Virus record (IMG/VR): IMGVR_UViG_3300023242_000003
Location: 1 to 64,000 of that record
Reading direction: 5' to 3' (one strand)
From: a virus
DNA: 64,000 nucleotides
The notes beneath the pieces were generated by a model that searched no databases, was not told where the DNA came from, and worked only from the letters and a program-made list of their open reading frames with translations. Below, one piece after another: positions 1 through 9,553 of this stretch. How positions within the stretch are numbered: the first letter of the stretch is position 1; each line of letters begins with the position of its first letter. The translations under genes were made by a program, and so were the position numbers.

Positions 1-412
1 CCTCGCAAATGCCCTCAACCGCTAATTCGTCTAAGTCATTTATTGTATTTGCTGGAATTAATTTTTTGTAAATTTCTATCCAAGTGACTGTACCTCCCGC
101 AGCAGTAGTTGCTCCAAGTGCTTTGTCACTTACGAAATTTCTTGTAATGTTTTTGATGCTTTCAATAAAACCAGCACTAATTGTTGTTGCTGATATTGTT
201 GGAGCATAAAGTGTACCCGTCATAGTATCACCCGTTCGTGACACCCTATCCCAACCTATTTGCAATATTGAATCGGTTGATGTTCCAGATGCGTATAATT
301 TAACATCAGAAGTGTTTAACGCTAATTCACCTAATTGTATTTGTCCAGCCGTTGGTATATTTCCAGCGATATTAGAACGTTTAAGTAATAGTGTGTTTTT
401 TCTAGTTACCAT
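1..412 (-). CDS. Tail fibre-type protein, N-terminal part (runs off window edge)
   Basis: Manual translation from ATG at 412: MVTRKNTLLLKRSNIAGNIPTAGQIQLGELALNTSDVKLY...; the LKRS...GELALN..D.KLY motif is typical of T4-like long tail fibre N-termini; frame open to position 1. Confidence 0.7.
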   Translation of the reverse strand, partial: MVTRKNTLLLKRSNIAGNIPTAGQIQLGELALNTSDVKLYASGTSTDSILQIGWDRVSRTGDTMTGTLYAPTISATTISAGFIESIKNITRNFVSDKALGATTAAGGTVTWIEIYKKLIPANTINDLDELAVEGICE

Positions 413-510
413 ATAAATGGATTATTTAAACTTCTATGTAGAAGTGTTATGTTTTTTTGGTTATATAACCATCATATTATAAATATGTCGTAAATAAAGT
501 TTAGGTGATA

Positions 511-535
511 AAAAAAGGGACCGAAGCCCTTTTTT
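511..535. terminator. Intrinsic terminator (bidirectional-type)
   Basis: AAAAAAGGGACCGAAGCCCTTTTTT hairpin flanked by A/T tracts. Confidence 0.65.
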
Positions 536-536
536 G

Positions 537-635
537 TTATATTTTATTTTTAAATTTCCAAATAAAACCACCAGCTGATTTAGCTTTTCCATTACAAACA
601 TTACCAACATTAAAACCGCCATCTAATCCTTTCAT
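537..635 (-). pseudogene. Homing-endonuclease remnant (NUMOD1/IENR1-like C-terminus only)
   Basis: Manual translation MKGLDGGFNVGNVCNGKAKSAGGFIWKFKNKI*; the CNGK.KSAGGFIWK motif is typical of NUMOD1 tails; no nuclease domain upstream. Confidence 0.6.
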
Positions 636-734
636 GACGATTTTTTATTTTTAAAACAATAAAAGTATTTTAAAAGTCAATAGTTTCCTCGGTCTAAATA
701 AAATATTAATTATAACTAATTAATAATCAATGTC

Positions 735-1745
735 TTAGTAAATACCCCCATCTAAAATGTCGAACTCAGCTAACACCCTAACGCCATTTGGTGTGGTTAC
801 ATTGGTGCTTCTAATAACAACGTCATTCAATTGTGTAACCCAAGCTCTATTCGCATATCCAGTTGAACCACCATATTCTGCAATTGAAGGTATTTGAGTT
901 GATGTTAAACCTGTAAAGGTATTCATGGTTCTAATATCTAAATTAACATCACCAGCACTAACACCGTTACCATCTTGTATTGTCCAACCAGCACCAATTG
1001 ACGTTGCAGCTGTGTTTCCTGTTGGATTAAAATTAATGGTAATGTTATCATCTTCTACGTATAATTGAGAAGTAAATGCAGAAACGCTAGCACCAAATAC
1101 TGTTAATGAACCGTTAATAACTACATCACCAGTTCCAGACAACCCAGGCGAACCACCACTACCAACTGTTAAACCACCACTACCAACTGATAACGAACCA
1201 TCTGTTGGTAACGACATATTGGTTCCATCAAAGGTTGCTGTGCCAGTAATTAATTTACCAGAAGTTGTTGTGTAAACCAACCTATTAGCTGTTAAATCAG
1301 AAACTGTTAAACCAGTCATTGTGTTTATCAATATTGATAAATCATCTTGACCTTGATTTCTTTTAATTGTAGCAACGTTATTTGAGTATGTAAACCCAGT
1401 TACGTATGTGTCAATACTGCTAATACTTGAAATGTTTGCCAATACAAACCCGTTAGTTGTACCAGATAAAAATTTACCAACTAAACCAGCGCCAGAAACA
1501 CCTTCATATTTAGTAATTCTATTCCTTAATTGTAAATCATAAAGATTAGAACCAGCTTCAAAAAAGTTTGCTATCAAACCAATACCAGCTGGAACCCAGT
1601 TATTTGTAGAGCTTGTTACACCAGAAAAGTAAACAATACCATCTGCTGTATTTACTATTGGTTCACCACCTAATAAAGATGTTGGTAATGGTCGATTAAC
1701 GATGTTACTATTCTTTAATATGTGGGTTGTTATTCTATTTGCCAT
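735..1745 (-). CDS. Tail fibre/virion structural protein
   Basis: Gly/Thr/Ser-rich; N-terminal LKNS...GEPIVNTADG fibre-like motif; VEDDNITIN segment; C-terminal LDGGIY. Confidence 0.6.
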   Translation of the reverse strand: MANRITTHILKNSNIVNRPLPTSLLGGEPIVNTADGIVYFSGVTSSTNNWVPAGIGLIANFFEAGSNLYDLQLRNRITKYEGVSGAGLVGKFLSGTTNGFVLANISSISSIDTYVTGFTYSNNVATIKRNQGQDDLSILINTMTGLTVSDLTANRLVYTTTSGKLITGTATFDGTNMSLPTDGSLSVGSGGLTVGSGGSPGLSGTGDVVINGSLTVFGASVSAFTSQLYVEDDNITINFNPTGNTAATSIGAGWTIQDGNGVSAGDVNLDIRTMNTFTGLTSTQIPSIAEYGGSTGYANRAWVTQLNDVVIRSTNVTTPNGVRVLAEFDILDGGIY

Positions 1746-1789
1746 AATTAATTGTTTTTTTTATTGTTTTATTATAACTATTTAGTTTT

Positions 1790-2188
1790 TTAATATACAC
1801 CACCATTTAAGATATCATTTTCTATGATTGAGTTATTTGCTGTGATAATTCTATTTTCATCTAGAGAGCTTAAACCTAAATCTATTTCTGGTGTGTTTAT
1901 TTTTTGTGTTGATGTCCAAACAGAAGATGCTCCACTAATTGTATTTATATTTCTAAATCTAAGACTTGGTATTCCTAAATCATTCTCACCATCAATAAGT
2001 GGTATTATGTTTTTACTTACTTCTATATTATCCCTTAGAATTATTATTGTTCCATCATCATCACAGCTAATTAACCTATTAGTGTAAATAGCTGTACAAG
2101 CAGATAAAGTAGTGGTGTTTCCAGTTATTTCTAAAGGTTCTAGAATAAATGTTTGGTTAATGTCCGATACGTTGAAAAAATAACTCAT
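1790..2188 (-). CDS. Virion structural protein (fibre-associated)
   Basis: IIP..D...DLG.PSLRF motif common in fibre proteins; ends LNGGVY like its neighbour. Confidence 0.5.
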   Translation of the reverse strand: MSYFFNVSDINQTFILEPLEITGNTTTLSACTAIYTNRLISCDDDGTIIILRDNIEVSKNIIPLIDGENDLGIPSLRFRNINTISGASSVWTSTQKINTPEIDLGLSSLDENRIITANNSIIENDILNGGVY

Positions 2189-3246
2189 TATGTTGTGCTA
2201 CCTATTAATTTAAACGAACCTATAATTGCTAGTGGTTTATAAACCCTAACAAAAACCGTATCGTTACTATTAACGATTAAGGGTGTGTTCAAGTTTAAAC
2301 CGTCAAAAACAACTAAGTCGTTAATTTTTATTGTTATTCTACTTATACCTTCAATCTCAATAATATTTGTAAAATTAGCAGAATATTGTGCGATAAAAGA
2401 AAATTGTGTTTCAGCTCTTGGTTTAAAAATAAAAGCGAAAGTTACTGTATTACCTTTTTTAGTTTCTTTAATGATATTATTATCATAAACTTTAGGTTCT
2501 TCAGACTCAATAGTTAATATATTTCTATTCATTGTTGGTATAACTTCATAGTCATCTTCATCTAGTATATATCCCAATAATTTCATTTCGAACAATTGAA
2601 CATAAAACCTTCTATTTTCAAAATCATCTATATTACTTTCATCACCAATTGATTCTAAATGCAATGGCATAGGGTGGCCGTTTACGTTCAAATAACATTG
2701 CTTAGACTGAAAAGCTCTTTGAATTTTTCTATTAAATTTATTTAAGTCTTTCATTTTACTGGTAAAAATTCTTACTTCATAAGTTAAGTCAACAGATGTT
2801 GGTTGTGGTACTTTATATAAATCAACACCACGTCTTACACCATCCCATGTTGGTACTTTCATATAAGTATATGTTCTGTTTCCTGGGATATTCCATAAAC
2901 CAGCTTGATTTTGGCCTTGTTGAATATCTGGTTTTCTAACAACAGTTATAAAAGGCATCTCAATATTTTTATATTTATCAGTAAATTGCCATGTTTTAGT
3001 AAATTCAGTCCATCGTTGTATAGTTAAAAAAATTACTGGTATTTTATCTTCACCAACACTAATTGAAAAACCTTTATCGTTATTCATAAAATCGATAAAA
3101 CTTTGGTCCATATCTTCTTCTAAAACACCTTTAGGTAAAAACGTGCCTTTATCAGCAATACCATCTAGAATTTCTTGTCTTCTTTCTGGACCTATTTTTT
3201 GGTTTTTTATATTTATGTCGGTTATATATCCTTTAGGCATTGCCAT
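2188..3246 (-). CDS. Putative tail completion/terminator protein (gp15-like)
   Basis: MPFITVVR...P..VDLTYEV pattern; adjacent to neck-like gene. Confidence 0.45.
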   Translation of the reverse strand: MAMPKGYITDINIKNQKIGPERRQEILDGIADKGTFLPKGVLEEDMDQSFIDFMNNDKGFSISVGEDKIPVIFLTIQRWTEFTKTWQFTDKYKNIEMPFITVVRKPDIQQGQNQAGLWNIPGNRTYTYMKVPTWDGVRRGVDLYKVPQPTSVDLTYEVRIFTSKMKDLNKFNRKIQRAFQSKQCYLNVNGHPMPLHLESIGDESNIDDFENRRFYVQLFEMKLLGYILDEDDYEVIPTMNRNILTIESEEPKVYDNNIIKETKKGNTVTFAFIFKPRAETQFSFIAQYSANFTNIIEIEGISRITIKINDLVVFDGLNLNTPLIVNSNDTVFVRVYKPLAIIGSFKLIGSTT

Positions 3247-3260
3247 ATCTTATACTTTAT

Positions 3261-3782
3261 TTATAAACCTCTGAATTCATTAGCGTCAACTGCTGCACAT
3301 TCAACAGTTCTAAAAGCACCTTTGTAACCCATAATAGTATGTTTGTTATCGTAATTTTTAACCCCATCATTAACGATGCTAAAATATCTAATTTCAGTTT
3401 CTGTAACTGGGTAACCTATGTAATCACCATAGCTAAGTGTAGTGTCTAATTCTGACAATTGTGAATCATAAATCCCAAATGTTAAATTTCCATCTTGCAA
3501 ATACCTTAAAATACCATTTTTGTTGTATGTTTTATTTTCTGGTGTTGCCATAATAGGAATCACTTTTAGTTCTACTGGTGGAAAAAATCTAATACCATCT
3601 TTAGATGCTTCACCATAAAGATTATCGTATTCGCTAATATCTCTATTAACTCTATATAATATTATTGTGAAATTGCCATCACCTTCAATCGCTTCCCTAC
3701 CCATAGAAATTTCCAAGTTAAAATCCGATTCGGAAAAAAACTTGTTAACTCGTGTTATGGGTGTGATTTTTTTATTGTCCAT
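3261..3782 (-). CDS. Putative head completion/neck protein (gp14-like)
   Basis: YDNLYGEA...F..P.EL and YGDYI motifs; structural context. Confidence 0.5.
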   Translation of the reverse strand: MDNKKITPITRVNKFFSESDFNLEISMGREAIEGDGNFTIILYRVNRDISEYDNLYGEASKDGIRFFPPVELKVIPIMATPENKTYNKNGILRYLQDGNLTFGIYDSQLSELDTTLSYGDYIGYPVTETEIRYFSIVNDGVKNYDNKHTIMGYKGAFRTVECAAVDANEFRGL

Positions 3783-3892
3783 GGTTTTAATTATAAATAT
3801 TTATCTTTTTATTAATAACCACAAACTATTGATTTTTATTTATATTTTATTATCTTTACGTATAATTATACCAGGACTAAAAACAAAAAGAT

Positions 3893-6847
3893 TTGATAAA
3901 TTTAGACGATATACGAGGGCGTTCAGCCATTTCATTGCTTGAGACATATGAAGGGATAAATCCATACATCAAAAAACTAAAAATAGCTTTTTTGAAAAAT
4001 AATAAATTAGCTTTAACTGAAAACCAATCAAAGTACATTACTGAAAACCATGAAAGAGAACCTCTTTTCATTAATAGGATTGTTGGTATAACTCCTTATC
4101 TAGGTGAAGAACTAAAAAAAATGGATGAGTTATCGTTCACACCAGAAAAAGTTTTAATTGAATTTATTCTTGCTGATACAGATAAAACATTTCATATATA
4201 CGGCAAACTAAAACAAAACCAAAAAGAGTCTAAAATGTATTGGTTACCTAAAACACAGCTAACTGATGACCCATATTTTGAACCTAGTAATATAGAAGTA
4301 GATTTTAACCTATATAACGAAGTTTTATCAGAATATGGAAAGAAACTATATCAACACCAAGAAGAAGGTGTTAAATTCCTTCTTTCCAGAAACGGTTGTA
4401 TTTTAGCTGATGATATGGGGTTGGGGAAAGCTTGGTTATCGAGTACTTACATATACACCCCTAAAAATAAGGTTAAAATAGGTACACTTAAAGTAGGTGA
4501 CAAGGTAATTGGTTCTGATGGAAACCCATGTAATGTTACTGGTGTTTTCCCACAAGGGGTTAAAGATTTATATCGTATTACGTTTAATGATGGTTATAGT
4601 GGTTTAGTTTGTAAAGAACATTTATGGACTGTATCGTCAAATAATTCTGGTAATAATTCAAAAAATAGAGAAAATAGGTACATTACACTAAGTACCGAAC
4701 AAATGCTCAATAAAGAATTGGTTATTGAACAAAAAGGGACGGGTTGGAATGAAAAAAGACCATATAAATTAAAGACATATTATAAACATAGTAATGGTCA
4801 AAATAAGTGGCAAATTCCAATTGTCAAACCAATAGAATTTTATAATAATATTGAATTACCGATTGAACCTTATTTATTAGGACTTGGTTTAGGGGATGGT
4901 TATTTTGATAATAGAAATAATATTAAAATAGAATTACACCAAAATGATTTTGAAGAAATATTTAAAAAACTAAATATTAATGAATACGCTGCAACAAATA
5001 ATAATCTAACAGCCTACATTAAATTAAATCATGAATTAATAGATTTAGGTTTAAACAATAAAAAATCAGATACTAAATTTATCCCTAACATCTATAAATA
5101 TTCATCAATTAATGATAGAATAGCTATACTACAAGGTCTCATGGATACTGATGGTCATTGTATTAAATCTAATGCTGGTGTATTTACTGGTACCGAGTAC
5201 TGTAGTGTATCGGAACAACTAACTGATGATGTAGCTGAAATTGTTCATAGTTTAGGTGGTATTGTTAGAAAATCATCTAAGGTTGGTTCTTACAAAAAAG
5301 AGGATGGAACTAGGGTAATATGTAAACGTGCTTTTAGGTTAAATATCAAGATGCCAGAAGGTATTAACCCATTTAGACTTAAAAGAAAAGCTAATTCTTA
5401 TAACTCGCCAAAAAAATATCCAGTTGGTCGATATATTTCTAATATTGAATTAGAAACAAAAGGTGATGCGGTATGTATTTCTGTAGATACTCCAGATAAG
5501 TTATATGTTGTCGAACATGGAATTGTTACACACAATACAACACAATCGATTGTAGCGGCACTAGAAAGTGGTGCTAAAAAAATATTAGTCGTTTGCCCGT
5601 CATCAACAAAAATTAACTGGGAGCGTGAAATTAATGTTTTTTGTGATGACACAACAATTATCGATGGTAAAAAATGGAGTGATGCTAAATTCACTATAAT
5701 TAATTTTGATATTCTTAAAAATTTCCATACTTTATCTTCTGGTAAAAAACCAAAAGAAGGTGAACCAGAAGAAATTTTAAATAGAGAATTGGTAAACGCT
5801 AATTATGATTTATGTATCATTGATGAGGCTCATTATTTAAAAAATAATGAAAGTATTAGAGGTAAAATAATGGTGGAACTTTGTGCTAAGGAAAAAATAG
5901 AGAAGGTTTGGTTGTTAACTGGTACACCCGTCGCAAATAGACCTATGGATTTCTTTAATCTTTTAAAGATTATTAAATCTCCTATCGCAGATAATTGGAA
6001 ACATTATGCTGTAAGGTATTGTGATGCTAGAAAGTTCTTTAGAACGCTTAAGAATGGTCAAAAAAAACAAATATGGCTTACTGATGGTGCTAGTAATTTA
6101 GAAGAACTAGCTAATAAAACCAAAAATACTATTATTAGACGTTTAAAAACTGAAGTGTTAGATATGCCAGATAAAGTAGTGACACCTATGCACCATATGT
6201 TAGATAAAAAAGGTGTTAAACAATATGAATTACTTTGGGAAGAATACTTACAAAAAAGGAAATTAGAGGGTAAGAAAACAGATAATCTACAAAAAGATTT
6301 GGTTGAACTTATTCTACTTAGACAATTTATTGCGCAAGAAGCTATTCCTTATACTATTGAAATGATAGAAAACGCTATTGAAATGGGTCGTAAAGTGATA
6401 GTATTTACTAGTTTTACTGATGAATTAGAAATGATATCTAATCACTTTGGTAAATTGGCGGTTAAACACAACGGCCTAATGACAACATTACAAAAACAAA
6501 AATCAGTTGATTCGTTTCAAAACAACGACAAGGTAAAAGTTTTTGTTGGTAATATAAAATCTGCTGGTGTTGGTATCACACTTACTGAAGCAACTGTGGT
6601 TATTTTTAACTCATTTGATTGGGTTACTGGTAATAACGAACAAGCTGAAGATAGAGCGTATAGAATTGGACAAAAGAATGATGTTAATGTTTATTATCAA
6701 TTATTTGACGACACTATATCAATAAGGATGTGGGAAACTTTAAAACAAAAACAAGAAATAATTAACATAATATTAGGTGTTGAAAATATAACCAAAGAAA
6801 ATGAAACAGATTTATTAACCCAAAAAATATTGAATGGTGATTTATAA
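3893..6847 (+). CDS. SNF2/HARP-like SF2 helicase containing an intein
   Basis: LADDMGLGK-[intein]-TTQS Walker A, IIDEAH Walker B, LTGTP, SAGVGITL and QAEDRAYRIGQ motif VI. Confidence 0.92.
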   Translation: MINLDDIRGRSAISLLETYEGINPYIKKLKIAFLKNNKLALTENQSKYITENHEREPLFINRIVGITPYLGEELKKMDELSFTPEKVLIEFILADTDKTFHIYGKLKQNQKESKMYWLPKTQLTDDPYFEPSNIEVDFNLYNEVLSEYGKKLYQHQEEGVKFLLSRNGCILADDMGLGKAWLSSTYIYTPKNKVKIGTLKVGDKVIGSDGNPCNVTGVFPQGVKDLYRITFNDGYSGLVCKEHLWTVSSNNSGNNSKNRENRYITLSTEQMLNKELVIEQKGTGWNEKRPYKLKTYYKHSNGQNKWQIPIVKPIEFYNNIELPIEPYLLGLGLGDGYFDNRNNIKIELHQNDFEEIFKKLNINEYAATNNNLTAYIKLNHELIDLGLNNKKSDTKFIPNIYKYSSINDRIAILQGLMDTDGHCIKSNAGVFTGTEYCSVSEQLTDDVAEIVHSLGGIVRKSSKVGSYKKEDGTRVICKRAFRLNIKMPEGINPFRLKRKANSYNSPKKYPVGRYISNIELETKGDAVCISVDTPDKLYVVEHGIVTHNTTQSIVAALESGAKKILVVCPSSTKINWEREINVFCDDTTIIDGKKWSDAKFTIINFDILKNFHTLSSGKKPKEGEPEEILNRELVNANYDLCIIDEAHYLKNNESIRGKIMVELCAKEKIEKVWLLTGTPVANRPMDFFNLLKIIKSPIADNWKHYAVRYCDARKFFRTLKNGQKKQIWLTDGASNLEELANKTKNTIIRRLKTEVLDMPDKVVTPMHHMLDKKGVKQYELLWEEYLQKRKLEGKKTDNLQKDLVELILLRQFIAQEAIPYTIEMIENAIEMGRKVIVFTSFTDELEMISNHFGKLAVKHNGLMTTLQKQKSVDSFQNNDKVKVFVGNIKSAGVGITLTEATVVIFNSFDWVTGNNEQAEDRAYRIGQKNDVNVYYQLFDDTISIRMWETLKQKQEIINIILGVENITKENETDLLTQKILNGDL
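4430..5536 (+). mobile_element. Class 3 intein with LAGLIDADG endonuclease in helicase Walker A
   Basis: Starts with Ala (AWLSS), HLW block B, VCISV block F, ends VTHN/T; LLGLGLGDG and LQGLMDTDG motifs. Confidence 0.88.
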
Positions 6848-6895
6848 TTTTTTTCTTCTAACTTTACTCCTATTCAAATTACCTTCATAATGAAC
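6842..6895 (-). pseudogene. Detached 3' end of the HNH gene (VHYEGNLNRSKVRRKKL*)
   Basis: Joins in frame to ...TTRIING of ORF 8333-8827 across the TGTT direct repeat; its stop overlaps the helicase stop in TTATAA (6842-6847). Confidence 0.8.
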
Positions 6896-6936
6896 AGTTA
6901 CTAATTTCATATAAAAATATATAAATTTAGTTTTTT

Positions 6937-8103
6937 TTAGTTAGAGAAACTGTAAATTCCTCTATTATAAATATTAATACTTGCATTATAATCAGCATCT
7001 ATTTCATATTTACAACTTGTACATTTGAAGTTCTCGCCTTGGCGAGACTTCTTATCTACATGACCGCAACTAGAACATGTTTGTGAGGTATATGCTGGTG
7101 AAACCTTCACCAACATAATACCGTTATCCTCACATATCCTATTTATTTTATCAATGGTCTTGACATAAGACCATCTTTGTATTTTATTTGTAAAATATTT
7201 CTTACCAGTTTTAACTGATACTAAATCTTCTATTATTATATTATTAACATCTTCGATGTTAATTAAATTACATAACCTATTTATTTCATTATCTCTATGA
7301 TTTAAACTTCGTTTAAATCCATTACTACCTTGTTTACATCTACTTATTTTAGAATATATATCACTTAAATCACCATTAATAACTTGATTATCAGATGTAA
7401 CAATTAATTTTTTATACCCCATATCAATTCCAATGGCTTTGCCATTGGTTTTAATATCTATCTCTTTTTCCCAAATAAGGCTAATATAATAATTATTTTT
7501 TACCTTCTTAATTTGTATATTATTTCTTAATTTAAACGTATTATGTTTAAATGATAATGAATGTTTATGGTGATTAAATGGTATATTTATTTGTAGGGCA
7601 CGAGTGCCCTTTTCATTAAAATAAGGTAATTTAAGATTAATAAAGTTATCAAAATGGGAACCATTTTGTATATTAAAAAATTCATTTGTTAGATTAATAC
7701 TAACATTATTTAGATTAGGTTTAGTGAAATATTTAGTTTTTAATATATTATTTAATGATAGGTCAGAGAATTTAGTTTTACAGAATGAAGAATCAGGATG
7801 ATTCTTCATCATATATGTGTATGTTTTTTTATATGATGAATATCTTTTCTTTTTACTTTTATCTAATTGACTTCTTATAATTTCTGATGCTTGTTTATAT
7901 ATTTCTCTTTTATATTTAGAATGTTTTATTACTTCTGTAGGAAGTAATTTAGATGATAAATTAGGTTTAAGGGGTAATACACCCTCTATTATATAGTTTA
8001 TATATATTTCTAAATCATGTTTATAATCAATAAATACTTGGTCAAGGGAAGCAAGCTTCCCTTGATTAGCATTTGATATAATATGTTTAGATGTTCTAAT
8101 CAT
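6937..8103 (-). CDS. tnpB: TnpB RNA-guided endonuclease (IS200/IS605/IS607 superfamily)
   Basis: RuvC-I GIDMG, RuvC-II IIEDL, YTSQTCSSCG...CTSC zinc finger, RuvC-III DADYNAS; catalytic D/E/D intact. Confidence 0.92.
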   Translation of the reverse strand: MIRTSKHIISNANQGKLASLDQVFIDYKHDLEIYINYIIEGVLPLKPNLSSKLLPTEVIKHSKYKREIYKQASEIIRSQLDKSKKKRYSSYKKTYTYMMKNHPDSSFCKTKFSDLSLNNILKTKYFTKPNLNNVSINLTNEFFNIQNGSHFDNFINLKLPYFNEKGTRALQINIPFNHHKHSLSFKHNTFKLRNNIQIKKVKNNYYISLIWEKEIDIKTNGKAIGIDMGYKKLIVTSDNQVINGDLSDIYSKISRCKQGSNGFKRSLNHRDNEINRLCNLINIEDVNNIIIEDLVSVKTGKKYFTNKIQRWSYVKTIDKINRICEDNGIMLVKVSPAYTSQTCSSCGHVDKKSRQGENFKCTSCKYEIDADYNASINIYNRGIYSFSN

Positions 8104-8252
8104 TATTTATTTTCTAATTCTTTTAGAATCAGTTTAGTAATTAATTTAGACATACCAATATTGTTTTCCAAACAATATTGTTGCAATTCAGTTTTAGTAG
8201 AATCTGTGATTCTTATAAAAACTCTATTTGTTTTATTTATTTTTGTTCGCAC
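8103..8252 (-). CDS. Small ribbon-helix-helix protein, 49 aa (not in ORF track)
   Basis: GTG start; (M)RTKINKTNRVFIRITDSTKTELQQYCLENNIGMSKLITKLILKELENK*; stop overlaps tnpB ATG (TAATG). Confidence 0.75.
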   Translation of the reverse strand: MRTKINKTNRVFIRITDSTKTELQQYCLENNIGMSKLITKLILKELENK

Positions 8253-8332
8253 ATTAATAAATATATAGATAAAATGAAAAAGATAAAAAAATATATTTTA
8301 TTTTAAAAATAAGTTTTATCTGAATGATAATA

Positions 8333-8827
8333 TTATATATTTTTATATGTTTTATTAACTACGTTAATAACACCGTTAATAATCCTAGTTGTACCCCACA
8401 TTGGTCTAAGGTTAGATAATGCATTTACAATACTAGGGTGTTCAGTCGTTTCAAAACTACCGACTGGTTTTATGTGGTCAACGTGCCATTCACCATGGTT
8501 TCTCCATGTCATACCCTCAGTAAATAATGCTGTAATATGTTCTTTAAACTCCAAAGCGGAATAACCTAATAAATCTATAGTGTGACCTTCTTTTTTGGTG
8601 TTTAATCTCCATAAAGACATTTTAAGAACACTTCTCCATAAACCAACGTGTTTATTTTTTAACCTATATTCTTGTCTTTTATTTTGGTTTATTTTATTAT
8701 ATTCTTTTTTGTAAATATTTTTACATTCTTTACATTGACAATGATAACCATCTTTACCTAAATTATTAACGTGAAATTCAGCGATTGATTTTTCAAGATT
8801 ACATTTAGTACAAATTTTAGTCTTCAT
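8333..8827 (-). pseudogene. HNH homing endonuclease truncated by the TnpB element
   Basis: N-terminal CxxC...CxxC finger, WHVDHIKP and NLRPMW; last ~11 codons derive from the inserted element; true C-terminus at 6842-6895. Confidence 0.8.
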
Positions 8828-9272
8828 TTACAATTACTGTAAAATCAATATTATATGGTGTTCTATCTTCTAAATAAAATAAAACAGAGCCATAAACCAT
8901 TTTATTATCTTTATTCGTTTTTATTTCTGACACTATAGTTTCAAAACTTAAATTTTCTTTTAATGTTTTTTCTAAAACTGTTTTAAGTGTGTGATTAAAT
9001 TCAAACAGTTCATTTGTTAAAACTTTATTTAAAACCATTTTAGTTAACAATATCTTAATTGATTTTTCTTGTGATAAAAAAATACCATCTGTGATAAAAT
9101 TAATATCATCATTTATAAATTTAATTATTTTATCACTCATTGATAAAGATTCAATTTTACATTTATTTTTAAACTTATTTTTGAGTTCAGAATTTATCCT
9201 AATTTTTATTTCAGTTTCTTTCATTTTATTAAATTTTATCATATTTATTATTTGTGGTAACATTGTACCCAT
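8817..9272 (-). CDS. RHH-domain protein with C-terminal extension (likely start at 9224)
   Basis: MKETEIKIRINSELKNKFKNKCKIESLSMSDKIIKFI is RHH-like; overlaps the HNH start. Confidence 0.7.
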   Translation of the reverse strand: MGTMLPQIINMIKFNKMKETEIKIRINSELKNKFKNKCKIESLSMSDKIIKFINDDINFITDGIFLSQEKSIKILLTKMVLNKVLTNELFEFNHTLKTVLEKTLKENLSFETIVSEIKTNKDNKMVYGSVLFYLEDRTPYNIDFTVIVNED

Positions 9273-9339
9273 ATTAATAAATATACTAATATTTTAAAAA
9301 AGATATAAATATTTACTTTTTATTTAAAATATTTATAAT

Positions 9340-9552
9340 GGGAATAATGAACAAGCAGAAGATAGAGCATTCCGTATTGGTCAAAAAAATGATGTCAATG
9401 TTTACTATCAATTATTTGACGATACTATTTCGAGTAGAATGTGGTCTATGTTAAATAGTAAAAAAGACATCATCAATATAATTATGGGTGATAAAAAATT
9501 AACAGAAGATGAAATAACTGCCTTATTGGTAGATGACTTAATAACAATGTAA
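9340..9552 (+). pseudogene. Orphaned original 3' end of the helicase (70 codons, no start at its 5' end)
   Basis: GNNEQAEDRAFRIGQKNDVNVYYQLFDDTISSRMWSML...; 30/31 aa identical to 6629-6721; stop sits 1 nt before the glutaredoxin ATG. Confidence 0.88.
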
Positions 9553-9553
9553 T

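Larger units (their letters stand above)
6897..8368 (-). mobile_element. Non-autonomous TnpB element (RHH + tnpB) inserted in the HNH gene
   Basis: Flanked by AACA direct repeat (6893-6896, 8369-8372); 17-bp subterminal inverted repeat CATATAAAAATATATAA (6908-6924 / 8333-8349); no transposase inside. Confidence 0.8.
6629..9339 (-). mobile_element. Gene-end-replacing RHH-HNH cassette inserted in the helicase 3' region
   Basis: Bounded by two versions of the helicase 3' end (6629-6847 in use; 9340-9552 orphaned); contains antisense RHH and HNH genes plus a nested TnpB element. Confidence 0.75.

Noticed and set aside
6897-8368. TnpB element as a self-splicing IStron that would restore the HNH
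   Set aside because: Only ~115 nt of very AT-rich non-coding sequence at the 5' end; no room or recognisable P/Q/R/S elements for a group I intron core
9338-9454. ATG at 9338 as a start for the orphan helicase tail
   Set aside because: It is out of frame with the helicase-like reading frame and gives a short unrelated peptide
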